DNA of 42,077 nucleotides from an uncultured Azonexus sp. (GTDB lineage Bacteria; Pseudomonadota; Gammaproteobacteria; Burkholderiales; Rhodocyclaceae): NCBI GenBank assembly GCA_937983545.1, contig CALJZP010000217.1, positions 1 to 42,077 of the forward strand, read 5' to 3'. Shown piece by piece: positions 29,164 to 38,540 of this stretch (position 1 is its first letter; each line of letters starts with the position of its first letter). The notes under the pieces were generated by a model. It saw only the letters and a program-made list of their open reading frames with translations, ran no database searches and was not told where the DNA came from. The position numbers and the translations under genes were made by a program.

Positions 29164-30594
29164 ATGCGCGAAGACTTCTTGCGATATGAAAAACTGGCCG
29201 ACGAACTGGCTGGAATGATGGCCGGCGGCGTGCTCAAGCACGGCGACCGGCTGCCCTCGGTGCGTCGACTGGCAGAGGAGCGCCGCGTATCGGTCAGCAC
29301 CGTCGTACAGGCGATGCGCCAACTCGAAAACCGGGGCCTGATCGAGGCCCGCCCGCAATCCGGCTTCTATGTCCGCCGGACAAGGATGGCGCATGCCGAG
29401 CCCTTGCTGCGGACGACGCCCGACATGCCCCTGGCGGTCGATATCTCGCAACGCCTGGTGCGCGTGATGCAAGCCGGCATCCGTCCCGGCGTGGCACCGT
29501 TGGCGGCGGCGTTGCCGGCTTCGGAACTCATGCCGGTCGCGGCGCTGCACCGCCTGTATGCCGGCGTGGCCCGCCGCCATCCCGATCTGCTCTGCAGCGG
29601 CAGCCACATCAACATGGACGATCCGGTGCTGGTGCGGCAGCTGGTCAGGCGTTCCCTGGCCTGGGGCGGACCGCTGGCGGCCGAGGAATTCGTCATCACC
29701 AATTCCTGCACCGAGGCGCTTGCTCTCTGCCTGCGCGCCATTACCAAACCTGGCGACACGGTGGCCGTCGAATCGCCGGCCTATTACCTGATGCTGCAAC
29801 TGCTCGAGAAGCAGGGGCTGCGCGCCCTGGAGATACCGACCGATCCGCGAACCGGCATGTCGGTCGAGGCACTCGATCTGGCCACGCGCAACGGCGGCAT
29901 CGCTGCCTGCCTGCTGGTATCGAACGGCAGCAACCCGCTGGGCTCCCAGATGCCCGACGAACGCAAACGGGCATTGGCCCATCTAGCCGCCGAGCGCGGT
30001 GTACCGATCATCGAGGATGACATCTACGGGGATTTGCACCTTGCCGAAGGGCGCCCGTGGCCGATCAAGGCTTTCGATACCAGCGGCAACGTCATGCTGT
30101 GCTCGTCGTTCTCGAAGAGCCTGTCGCCGTCGTTACGAATCGGTTATGTCGCCGCCGGGCATCGCCGGAGCGCCATCGCCTTGCAGAAAACCATCGGCAG
30201 CGGCGCGACGAACCCGATCACCCAGCGCGTGCTGGCCGAATATCTCGAGTCGGGCGCCTACGAGCGTCACCTGCGAACCCTGCGGCGCTGCTACCAATCC
30301 CAGGTCGACGCGATGAGCGCGGCCGTCTCCCTTCATTTTCCGCCCGGCACCCGGATTTCACGGCCGCAGGGGGGATTTGTCCTGTGGATCGAGTTGCCCG
30401 AGGGAATCGATGCGACCGAGCTGTACGAGCGGGCGGTCGCCGAAAACCTTGCCTACGTGCCGGGCGAGCTGTTTTCTGCCAGCGGCATGTACCGCAATTG
30501 CCTGCGCCTGAACTGCGGCAATCCCCATACGCCGGAAATCGAAGACGCCGTGCGTCGCCTCGGCATCCTGTTTTCGGGCGCCCAAATCAAATAG
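29164..30594 (+). CDS. MocR/GntR-family regulator with PLP-dependent aminotransferase-like domain
   Basis: GDRLPSVRRLA wHTH, ARPQSGFYV, IIEDDIY, SSFSKSLSPSLRIGY. Confidence 0.92.
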   Translation: MREDFLRYEKLADELAGMMAGGVLKHGDRLPSVRRLAEERRVSVSTVVQAMRQLENRGLIEARPQSGFYVRRTRMAHAEPLLRTTPDMPLAVDISQRLVRVMQAGIRPGVAPLAAALPASELMPVAALHRLYAGVARRHPDLLCSGSHINMDDPVLVRQLVRRSLAWGGPLAAEEFVITNSCTEALALCLRAITKPGDTVAVESPAYYLMLQLLEKQGLRALEIPTDPRTGMSVEALDLATRNGGIAACLLVSNGSNPLGSQMPDERKRALAHLAAERGVPIIEDDIYGDLHLAEGRPWPIKAFDTSGNVMLCSSFSKSLSPSLRIGYVAAGHRRSAIALQKTIGSGATNPITQRVLAEYLESGAYERHLRTLRRCYQSQVDAMSAAVSLHFPPGTRISRPQGGFVLWIELPEGIDATELYERAVAENLAYVPGELFSASGMYRNCLRLNCGNPHTPEIEDAVRRLGILFSGAQIK

Positions 30595-30680
30595 GGCAGG
30601 GGCAAACTACGGTATGATTCCCCTTTTTTGGGCAAGCTGCTTTTTGCCTTTCTGAACGCATCCGAAGGATTTTTCTGCTC

Positions 30681-32567
30681 ATGTTCGACGCAGTCCGCAA
30701 CAACAAAAGAATCGTCCAGGTTTTCCTTGCGCTGATCGCCCTGCCGTTCGCCTTTTTCGGCGTGGATTCCTACGTACGCAATTCCGGGGCCGGTGGCGAC
30801 GTAGCCGCCATCGGCGACATCAAGATCACCCACCAACAGTTCCAGCAAACCCTGCGCGAGCAGCAGGAGCGCCTGCGCACCCAGCTCGGTGCGCAGTTCG
30901 ATCCCAAAATGCTGGACAACCCCGAAGCTCGCAAGGCGATTCTCGATGACCTGATCAACCAGCGCCTGCTGCTGATCGAAGCCGGCAAGAACCGGATGTT
31001 CGCCAGCGACGATGCGGTGCGCCAGATGGTCGGTTCGGTCGAGGCCTTCAAGGTCGACGGCAAGTTCTCGGTTGAACGCTACGAAGCCGCATTGCGCGCA
31101 CAAGGCATGTCGCCGCAAGGTTTCGAAGCCCAGCTGCGCCAGGATTTGACCGTTCAGCAACTGGCCGGCGCCCTCGGCCAATCCGGCCTGGTTGCCCGTA
31201 CGGTCAGCGACCGCCTGCTGGCCCTGCAAACCGAAAAGCGCGAAATCGTCGAATATCGCCTGAATGTCGATAGCTATCTCGACAAGGTCAAGCTGGCCGA
31301 CGATGCGGCAAAGAAGTTCTACGACGAAAACAGCAAGCAGTTCCAGACGCCGGAACTCGCCAAGGCCGAATACGTCGTCCTGTCGATGGAAACCATCGGC
31401 GCCCAGTTGAGCGTCAACGAAGCCGAAATCAAGGCCGCCTACGACAGCCGCAAGGATCGCTTCCAGCAGCCGGAAGAGCGCCGTGCCAGCCATATCCTGG
31501 TGGCCTCCGACAAACTCGGCAAGGACAAGGCCAAAGCCAAGGCCGAACAACTTCTGGCTGAAATCCGCAAGACGCCGGCCGCTTTTGCCGATCTGGCCAA
31601 GAAGAACTCCGACGACCCGGGTTCCGCCGCCAAGGGAGGCGATCTCGGCTTCTTCGGTCGCGGCATGATGGTCAAGTCCTTCGAGGACAGTGCCTTCAGC
31701 CTCAAGGAAGGCGAAATCTCCGGCGTGGTCGAATCCGATTTCGGCTTCCACATCATCAAGGTCACCGGTATTCATGCCGCCAAGGAGAAGCCGCTGGCCG
31801 AAGTCCGTGGCGAGATCGAGGCCGAACTGAAGAAGACGGCCGCATCGCGTAAATTTGCCGAAGCGGCCGAAGCTTTCAGCAACATGGTCTATGAGCAGTC
31901 CGACAGCCTCGGCCCGGTTGCCGAAAAGTTCAAGCTGACCGTCAAGCAGACCGACTGGCTGGGCCGTCAGGCTTCGCCCGCCAATGGCGTGATGGGTAAC
32001 GAAAAGATTCTTGCTTCGTTGTTCTCAGGCGATTCGGTCAAGAACAAGCGCAACACCGAAGCGGTGGAAATTGCTCCCAATACCCTGGTTTCCGCCCGCG
32101 TCCTCGATTACAAACCCGCTGCGCTGCAGCCGTTCGAAAGCGTCAAGGTCAGTATCGAAACCCTGCTCAAGCGCCAGGAGGCCCAGAAACTGGCCGCCAA
32201 GGATGGTGCCGAGCGTCTGGCCGCCCTGAATAAGGGTGAGGACAAGCTCAACTGGGGCGCAGCCAAGACCGTATCCCGCCTCGATTTCCGCGCCATTTCC
32301 CCGGTCGAGGCACAAGCGGTATTCCGCCTTGAAACCGCCAAGCTGCCGGCCTACACCGGCGTCGAATTGCCGGGTTCCGGCTATGCCCTGGTGAAACTGA
32401 ACAAGGTCGTCCCGGGTGACAAGATCGACGATGCCACCCGCAAGGGCATGACCCAGCAACTGGGCAACCTGGTGGCCAAGGAAGAAATCCAGCTCTACCT
32501 CGCCGCTCTGCGTGCCCGCTACAAGGTTGAAATCAACCAGGCTGCACTGGAGGCCAAGGAGAAGTAA
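30681..32567 (+). CDS. ppiD: Periplasmic chaperone / parvulin PPIase PpiD
   Basis: N-terminal TM anchor, SurA-like N domain, [32 protein letters not shown]. Confidence 0.9.
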   Translation: MFDAVRNNKRIVQVFLALIALPFAFFGVDSYVRNSGAGGDVAAIGDIKITHQQFQQTLREQQERLRTQLGAQFDPKMLDNPEARKAILDDLINQRLLLIEAGKNRMFASDDAVRQMVGSVEAFKVDGKFSVERYEAALRAQGMSPQGFEAQLRQDLTVQQLAGALGQSGLVARTVSDRLLALQTEKREIVEYRLNVDSYLDKVKLADDAAKKFYDENSKQFQTPELAKAEYVVLSMETIGAQLSVNEAEIKAAYDSRKDRFQQPEERRASHILVASDKLGKDKAKAKAEQLLAEIRKTPAAFADLAKKNSDDPGSAAKGGDLGFFGRGMMVKSFEDSAFSLKEGEISGVVESDFGFHIIKVTGIHAAKEKPLAEVRGEIEAELKKTAASRKFAEAAEAFSNMVYEQSDSLGPVAEKFKLTVKQTDWLGRQASPANGVMGNEKILASLFSGDSVKNKRNTEAVEIAPNTLVSARVLDYKPAALQPFESVKVSIETLLKRQEAQKLAAKDGAERLAALNKGEDKLNWGAAKTVSRLDFRAISPVEAQAVFRLETAKLPAYTGVELPGSGYALVKLNKVVPGDKIDDATRKGMTQQLGNLVAKEEIQLYLAALRARYKVEINQAALEAKEK

Positions 32568-32591
32568 TCTCCTGCGGCAACCTGATATCGG

Positions 32592-32617
32592 AAAAACGGG
32601 CTGCGGCCCGTTTTTTT
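32592..32617 (+). terminator. Intrinsic terminator after ppiD
   Basis: aaaaacgggc-tgcg-gcccgttttttt. Confidence 0.85.
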
Positions 32618-32670
32618 ATGCCTTTGCCAGGCAGTTGTTCGGAGCTGCCTTCATCCAAGAATGCGCGCGG

Positions 32671-32716
32671 TTGACGAAATAGGTCAATTGTCCTACGCTA
32701 TAGGTCAGTTGACTTA
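32671..32716 (+). promoter_or_regulatory. sigma70 promoter with two tandem TetR-type palindromic operators
   Basis: TTGACG-17-TACGCT; TAGGTCAATTGTCCTA (32680-32695) and TAGGTCAGTTGACTTA (32701-32716). Confidence 0.75.
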
Positions 32717-32737
32717 TTTATGATGGAGCACTTGGTC

Positions 32738-33826
32738 ATGACCGGACTTTTCTCTCCTCTGAGCCTGAGCGATTTCAATCTGCCCAACCGTATCGTGATG
32801 GCTCCGATGACCCGCAACCGGGCAAATGCGGAGGGTGTTCCGACGGCTCTGATGGCCTCGTATTATGGTCAGCGGGCGGATGCGGGATTGATTATCTCGG
32901 AATCGGTACCGATTTCGCCCCAGGCTGTCGGCTACCCCTGCACGCCCGGTCTCTTCAGCGCGGCACAGCTTGCCGGCTGGCGTCAGGTGACCGAAGCGGT
33001 TCACGCACGCTGAGGCCGGATTTTTGCGCAATTGCAGCATTGCGGCCGGATATCGCACCCCAGTCTGCAGCCCGAAGGAGCCGAGCCGGTTGCACCTTCC
33101 GCCATTCAGCCGCAAGGCATGGCGGTTACCTGTAACGGCATGCAGGCATTCGTATCGCCGCGAGCGTTGCGCACCAACGAAATTGCCGGCGTCGTCGAGC
33201 AATTCAGGGCCGCCGCCCAACTGGCCAGGACAGCCGGTTTCGACGGCGTGGAAATCCATGGTGCGAACGGTTACCTGATCGATCAGTTTCTGCGCAACGG
33301 AAGCAATCATCGGACAGATAACTACGGCGGCACACCCGCCCGGCGGCTGGCGTTTCTGCTGGAAATCATCGAGGCCGTTTCGGAGGTGTGGCTACGTGAG
33401 CACATCGGCGTGCGACTGAGTCCGGAAAACCGCTTCAACGACATGACGGATAGCGACCCGGACGAGCATTTCGCTTACTTTGTCACTCAGCTTGGTCACG
33501 CGAAACTTGCATATTTACACGTGCTGGAGGGTGACATGATGACGCACTCCAGTGTTCTGGACTATGGGGCGCTGCGACGTTGCTTCGCCGGGCTTTACAT
33601 CGCGAACAATGGCTACGACAAGGCGCGCGCGCTGGACGTGCTGCGCGATGGCAAGGCCGACCTGGTGGCCTTCGGTACCGCTTTCATCGGCAACCCCGAT
33701 CTGGTCGAGCGGCTCAGGCACGACTGGCCTTTGCGTGCGCCCGATCCCGAGACCTTCTATACCGGCGGCGAGCGAGGCTATGTCGACTATCCTGTTTTTG
33801 CCCCGACTGCAGGCGACCTGCCATGA
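32738..33826 (+). pseudogene. nemA: Old yellow enzyme / N-ethylmaleimide reductase-like alkene reductase with in-frame TGA at 33011-33013
   Basis: NRIVMAPMTRNRA...VHAR*GRIFAQLQHCGR...GFDGVEIHGANGYLIDQF...GYVDYP; both ORF halves are in the same frame. Confidence 0.85.
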
Positions 33827-34422
33827 CCCGCCCCAGCTCCCAACCCAGCACGCGCGAACGAATCGTGGAGGCTGCCGACATGCTGTTCTATCGGCATGGC
33901 TTCGAAAAAACCTCGTTTGCCGACATCGCTGACGAAGTCCGGCTTTCACGCGGCAACTTCTACTACCACTTCAAGACGAAAGACGAGATTCTCGCCGCAG
34001 TGATCGAACTAAGGGCCGCCCGCACGCGAGCCATGCTAGATACTTGGACGGGAGATGCGCCGACGCCATCCGACCGGTTGCGGTGCTTTGCGGCCATGCT
34101 GGTTCATAACCGCGAGGACATTCAGCGTTACGGCTGCCCGGTGGGAACGCTCTGTGCCGAATTGGCCAAGTTGAAGCATCCGGCGCAAGGCGATGCCGGC
34201 ATGATCTTCGCTCAGTTCCGTAACTGGTTGGAGGGGCAATTCAAGGCGCTTGGCTTTGGTGACGAAGCGGATGCGCTTGCCATGCACCTCCTGACCCGTA
34301 GTCAGGGCATTGCCGCATTGGCCAATACTTTCCATGACGAAGCCTTTATCCGCCATGAAGTCGAACTGATCAATGCCTGGCTGGAGTCGTTGCATCCGGG
34401 CAGGATCGCGACGCCGGGATAG
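33823..34422 (+). CDS. TetR/AcrR family regulator (NemR-like)
   Basis: TRERIVEAA, GFEKTSFADIA, SRGNFYYHFKTKDEIL, YGCPVGTLC; ATGA overlap with nemA. Confidence 0.88.
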   Translation: MTRPSSQPSTRERIVEAADMLFYRHGFEKTSFADIADEVRLSRGNFYYHFKTKDEILAAVIELRAARTRAMLDTWTGDAPTPSDRLRCFAAMLVHNREDIQRYGCPVGTLCAELAKLKHPAQGDAGMIFAQFRNWLEGQFKALGFGDEADALAMHLLTRSQGIAALANTFHDEAFIRHEVELINAWLESLHPGRIATPG

Positions 34423-34460
34423 GCTCGCAAAGCAGGTCAACCACCAATCTAGGAGGCACC

Positions 34461-34775
34461 GTGTATATCGTTTTCTTGAAATTCGGCCCCAATCGGGCTC
34501 TGGCCGGCCAATGGATGGATGAACACGCACGCTGGATTCAGCAAGGCATCGAGGAGGGGGCTTTCCTGGTGGCGGGCTCACTCGATGCCGCGCAAGGTGG
34601 TGTCGTGCTGGCTGCGAATATGGCACTCACCGAGATTCAACAGCGAGTCGGGCGTGACCCGTTCGTAATCCATGGCGTGGTTGTGGCTGAAGTTCACCGG
34701 GTCACCCCGTCACGTATGGTTCAGGGCATGACTGCTCTTCTCGAGGGCGCCAAATCGCCTTCTCTCGCATCATGA
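34461..34775 (+). CDS. YciI-like protein
   Basis: EHARWI, GAFLVAGS, GGVVLA, DPFVIHG; GTG start with AGGAGG RBS. Confidence 0.75.
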   Translation: MYIVFLKFGPNRALAGQWMDEHARWIQQGIEEGAFLVAGSLDAAQGGVVLAANMALTEIQQRVGRDPFVIHGVVVAEVHRVTPSRMVQGMTALLEGAKSPSLAS

Positions 34776-35380
34776 GCGCGACCATTGCCGGGAGCGATGG
34801 CCGGCCACGTTGCCGCTGGTGCGCAGCTGCCCCCGAATTCGAGGCCTACCATGACAAGGAATGGGGCTTCCCTGTTGCCGATGACATTCGTCTATTCGAG
34901 AAGATTTGCCTGGAAGGTTTTCAGTCCGGGCTGAGTTGGCGAACGATATTGACCAAGCGCGAGAACTTCCGGCGTGCTTTCGACGGCTTCGATTTTAACC
35001 GGGTGGCAAGCTATGACGAGCAGAGAGTCATCCAACTGCTACAGGATGAAGGCATTGTGCGCCACCGGGGCAAGATCGAAGCCGTCATTCACAACGCCCG
35101 ATGCGCCGTGAATTTAAAGAACGAGTTCGGGTCACTGGCCGCCTATTTCTGGCAATACGAAACCGATCCGGCAAACCGCCCGCCGGCGCAGACGATGTCC
35201 ACCTCGCCAGAGTCGGTTGCCTTGTCCAAAGACCTGAAGCGGCGCGGCTGGAAGTTCGTCGGGCCGACAACGGTTTTTGCCTTCATGCAGGCGATGGGCC
35301 TGATAAACGACCACGTGCCCGATTGTGTCATCTCGGAAAAAGTCGCGCGGGCGCGGGAGAAGTTCCGGGTTCCTGCCTGA
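34772..35380 (+). CDS. tag: DNA-3-methyladenine glycosylase I
   Basis: RCRWC, YHDKEWG, LFEKICLEGFQSGLSW, FVGPTT, NDHVPDC. Confidence 0.93.
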   Translation: MSATIAGSDGRPRCRWCAAAPEFEAYHDKEWGFPVADDIRLFEKICLEGFQSGLSWRTILTKRENFRRAFDGFDFNRVASYDEQRVIQLLQDEGIVRHRGKIEAVIHNARCAVNLKNEFGSLAAYFWQYETDPANRPPAQTMSTSPESVALSKDLKRRGWKFVGPTTVFAFMQAMGLINDHVPDCVISEKVARAREKFRVPA

Positions 35381-35402
35381 GGGATGTGACAGCAGGGGGG
35401 CT

Positions 35403-35436
35403 AAAAGAAAAACGCCGATCGAATCTGATCGGCGTT
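35403..35436 (-). terminator. Intrinsic terminator after fabI
   Basis: aacgccgatc-gaatct-gatcggcgtt hairpin followed by a T-rich tract on the minus strand. Confidence 0.7.
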
Positions 35437-35460
35437 CTTGTTGGGCGGCGGAACGTCGGT

Positions 35461-36261
35461 TCAGGCCGGCAGCGGGTCCGCGTTGCCCAGGGCGGTGGTG
35501 TTCATGCCACCGTCGACATACATGATTTCGCCGGTGATGCCGCTGGCAAGGTCGGAGAGCATGAAGGCGGCAGCGTTGCCGACTTCATCGATGGTGACGT
35601 TGCGGCGCAGCGGGGCATTGTGCGAGTTGTAGGCGAGCAGCTTGCCGAAGTTACCGATGCCGGAGGCGGCCAAGGTCTTGATCGGGCCGGCCGAAATGGC
35701 GTTGGCGCGGATACCTTCGGGGCCGAGGCAGAAGGCGAGGTAGCGGGTTGCCGCTTCCAGGCTGGCCTTGGCCAGGCCCATGGTGTTGTAGTTGGGCATG
35801 GTGCGCTCGGCGCCGAGATAGGAGAGGGCGAGCATCGAGGCATTCGGACGCCCCTGCATCATCGGGCGTGCTCCCTTGGCCAGCGCGGCATAGCTGTACG
35901 ACGAAATGTCGTGGGCGATGCGGAAGGCTTCACGGGAGATGCCGTTCAGGAAGTCGCCTTCGATGGCTTCGGTCGGAGCGTAGGCAATGGAGTGGACCAC
36001 GCCATCGAGACCGTCCCAGCGCTTGCCGAGTTCGACGAACAGGTTGTCGATTTGCTCGTCACTGCTGACGTCGACCGGAATGGTGATGTCGCTGCCGAAT
36101 TCCGCGGCAAACTTCTTGATGCGATCTTCGAAACGCTCGTTCTGGTAAGTAAAGGCCAGTTGAGCACCTTCACGATGACAGGCCTTGGCAATGCCGTAGG
36201 CGATGGAATGCTTGGACAGCAGCCCGGTAATCAGAATCTTCTTGTCGGCAAGAAAGCCCAT
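35461..36261 (-). CDS. fabI: Enoyl-ACP reductase (NADH)
   Basis: [39 protein letters not shown]. Confidence 0.95.
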   Translation of the reverse strand: MGFLADKKILITGLLSKHSIAYGIAKACHREGAQLAFTYQNERFEDRIKKFAAEFGSDITIPVDVSSDEQIDNLFVELGKRWDGLDGVVHSIAYAPTEAIEGDFLNGISREAFRIAHDISSYSYAALAKGARPMMQGRPNASMLALSYLGAERTMPNYNTMGLAKASLEAATRYLAFCLGPEGIRANAISAGPIKTLAASGIGNFGKLLAYNSHNAPLRRNVTIDEVGNAAAFMLSDLASGITGEIMYVDGGMNTTALGNADPLPA

Positions 36262-36363
36262 GTGTTGTTCTCCCTAGGGGGGTTAAGCCCGAGGATTATA
36301 AACCGATAAGCCACGATTCGCGCCCATCCCGGGCGAGAACTGTGGCATGTCGATTGTTGATGA

Positions 36364-38007
36364 TTACATGTTGGGGTAAGTGGGGCCTTCGCCACCTTGC
36401 GGCACGACCCAATTGATGTTCTGGGTCGGATCCTTGATGTCGCAGGTCTTGCAGTGGACACAGTTTTGCGCGTTGATCTGCAAGCGCGGCTGGCCTTCCT
36501 CCTGGCCTAGGATTTCATAGACCCCGGCCGGGCAGAAGCGCTGCTCGGGCGCATCGTACTTGGCCAGGTTGACGCTGATCGGCACCGCGGCATCCTTGAG
36601 TTGCAGATGGCAGGGCTGATCTTCCTCATGGTTGGTGCTCGACAGGAAGACTGATGACAGGCGGTCGAAGGTAATGACGCCATCCGGTTTCGGATAGTCG
36701 ATCTTCGGACATTCGCTGGCCGGCTTGAGTTTGGCGTGGTCGGCCGTCTTGTTGCGCAGCGTCCATGGCGCCTTGCCGCCAAAGACGATCTGGTCGATAC
36801 CGAACATCAGCGAACCCAGTTTCAGCCCCTTGGCCATCCACGGCTTGAAGTTACGTGATTTATGAAGTTCATCGTACAACCAGCTGTTTTTAAACAATTC
36901 TGCATAGGCAGACAATTCGTCATTCTGACGTCCGGCGACCAGGGCTTCGAAGCAGGCCTCGGCCGCCAGCGAGCCGGTCTTGATCGCGCAATGCGAGCCC
37001 TTGATGCGGGCCGCGTTGAGGAATCCGGCATCGTCGCCGACCAGGACGCCGCCCGGGAAGGTCAGCCTGGGCAACGATTGCAGGCCGCCGGCAACCAGTG
37101 CGCGGGCGCCGTAGGCGATGCGCTTGCCGCCCTCGAGGAAACTGCGGATTTCCGGATGCGTCTTGTAGCGCTGGAATTCCTCGTAGGGTGACAGGTGGGG
37201 GTTCTCGTAGCCGAGGCCGACGACAAAGCCGACTGCGACCTGATTGTTTTCCAGGTGATAGAGGAAACCGCCGCCGTAAGTATCCGGCTCCATCGGCCAA
37301 CCGCCGCTATGGATGACGAGGCCGAGCTGATGCTTGTCGGGCTGGATTTCCCACAGTTCCTTGAGGCCGATACCATAGGTTTGCGGGTCGGCATCCTTGT
37401 TCAACTGGAATTTTTCGATCAGTTGCTTGCCGAGATGGCCGCGGCAGCCTTCGGCGAAGAAGGTGTATTTGCCGAGCAACTCCATGCCCAGCTGGAAATT
37501 CGGACCTTCGGAACCGTCGTGCAGGCGGCCCATGTCGCCGGTGGCGACGCCTCTGACAGCGCCATTTTCATCGAACAACACTTCCGAGCCGGCAAAGCCG
37601 GGATAAATCTCGACACCGAGTGCTTCGGCCTGTTCGCCCAGCCAGCGGCAGACGTTGCCGAGCGAGATGACGTAGTTGCCCTCATTGTGGAAGCAGCCGG
37701 GCAGAAGACTGTTCGGCACCTTGGTCGCACCGGTTTCGGAGAGGATGAAGAAACGGTCTTCGGAGACGGGGGCATTGAGCGGAGCGCCATCTTCCTTCCA
37801 ATTGGGCAGCAGTTCGCTCAGGGCGCGCGGGTCCATGACGGCACCGGAGAGGATGTGGGCACCGATTTCGGCGCCTTTCTCGATCAGGCAGACTGAAATG
37901 TCGCTGCCTTTTTCCGCCGCAAGCTGCTTGAGCCGTATCGCCGAGGCGAGACCCGCTGGGCCGCCGCCAACGACGACAACGTCAAATTCCATGGATTCCC
38001 GTTCCAT
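36364..38007 (-). CDS. Electron transfer flavoprotein-ubiquinone oxidoreductase
   Basis: VGGGPAG FAD motif, GAHILSGA, C-terminal 4Fe-4S motifs CPAGVYE and CVHCKTCDIKDP. Confidence 0.95.
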   Translation of the reverse strand: MERESMEFDVVVVGGGPAGLASAIRLKQLAAEKGSDISVCLIEKGAEIGAHILSGAVMDPRALSELLPNWKEDGAPLNAPVSEDRFFILSETGATKVPNSLLPGCFHNEGNYVISLGNVCRWLGEQAEALGVEIYPGFAGSEVLFDENGAVRGVATGDMGRLHDGSEGPNFQLGMELLGKYTFFAEGCRGHLGKQLIEKFQLNKDADPQTYGIGLKELWEIQPDKHQLGLVIHSGGWPMEPDTYGGGFLYHLENNQVAVGFVVGLGYENPHLSPYEEFQRYKTHPEIRSFLEGGKRIAYGARALVAGGLQSLPRLTFPGGVLVGDDAGFLNAARIKGSHCAIKTGSLAAEACFEALVAGRQNDELSAYAELFKNSWLYDELHKSRNFKPWMAKGLKLGSLMFGIDQIVFGGKAPWTLRNKTADHAKLKPASECPKIDYPKPDGVITFDRLSSVFLSSTNHEEDQPCHLQLKDAAVPISVNLAKYDAPEQRFCPAGVYEILGQEEGQPRLQINAQNCVHCKTCDIKDPTQNINWVVPQGGEGPTYPNM

Positions 38008-38094
38008 GATGTCTCCTAGATTTATTGTGAGCCTATTTTCAATACGGTACAGTATGGAAAATTTTTGATCAACCCCACTCTAGTATCCGCATCC

Positions 38095-38505
38095 ATGGAA
38101 CACAAGAAAAAGCTCATTCATGTCACCCGTTTACCTATCCGCTGGGGTGACATGGATGCCTACGGGCACGTCAATAACACCGTCTATTTCCGTTTCATGG
38201 AGCAGGCGCGGGTGGAGTGGGTCGAAGACATGAAGGTTCAGGTGCGCCCCGGCGGCGATGGCCCGGTGATCATCAATGCCAGCTGCACCTTCCTGATTCC
38301 GATGAATTACCCGGGCACCGTCGAGGTTCGGACCTATGTCGGCGCCATCGGACGCTCCAGCTGCCAGACCTATGTCGAGATGCGCATCGAAGGCGACGAC
38401 AGGATCTATGCCGAAGGCGCGACCAAGGTCGTGTGGATGAATACCCGGAGCGGCAAATCGGTTCCGCTGCCGGATCACGTGCGGGCACTGCTCGAAGCAG
38501 AGTAA
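38095..38505 (+). CDS. Acyl-CoA thioesterase (4HBT/YbgC hot-dog fold)
   Basis: IRWGDMDAYGHVNNTVYFRFMEQAR. Confidence 0.9.
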   Translation: MEHKKKLIHVTRLPIRWGDMDAYGHVNNTVYFRFMEQARVEWVEDMKVQVRPGGDGPVIINASCTFLIPMNYPGTVEVRTYVGAIGRSSCQTYVEMRIEGDDRIYAEGATKVVWMNTRSGKSVPLPDHVRALLEAE

Positions 38506-38540
38506 ACTCGCAGCCCATTGCATCCACGAATCCGACGCAC

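Noticed and set aside
33011-33013. Selenocysteine or programmed read-through at the nemA TGA
   Set aside because: The position corresponds to a conserved Gly, not Cys, and no convincing SECIS-like hairpin follows
38042-38055. Near-palindrome ATACGGTACAGTAT between ETF-QO and thioesterase
   Set aside because: It is a single imperfect site with no assignable regulator and too weak to call
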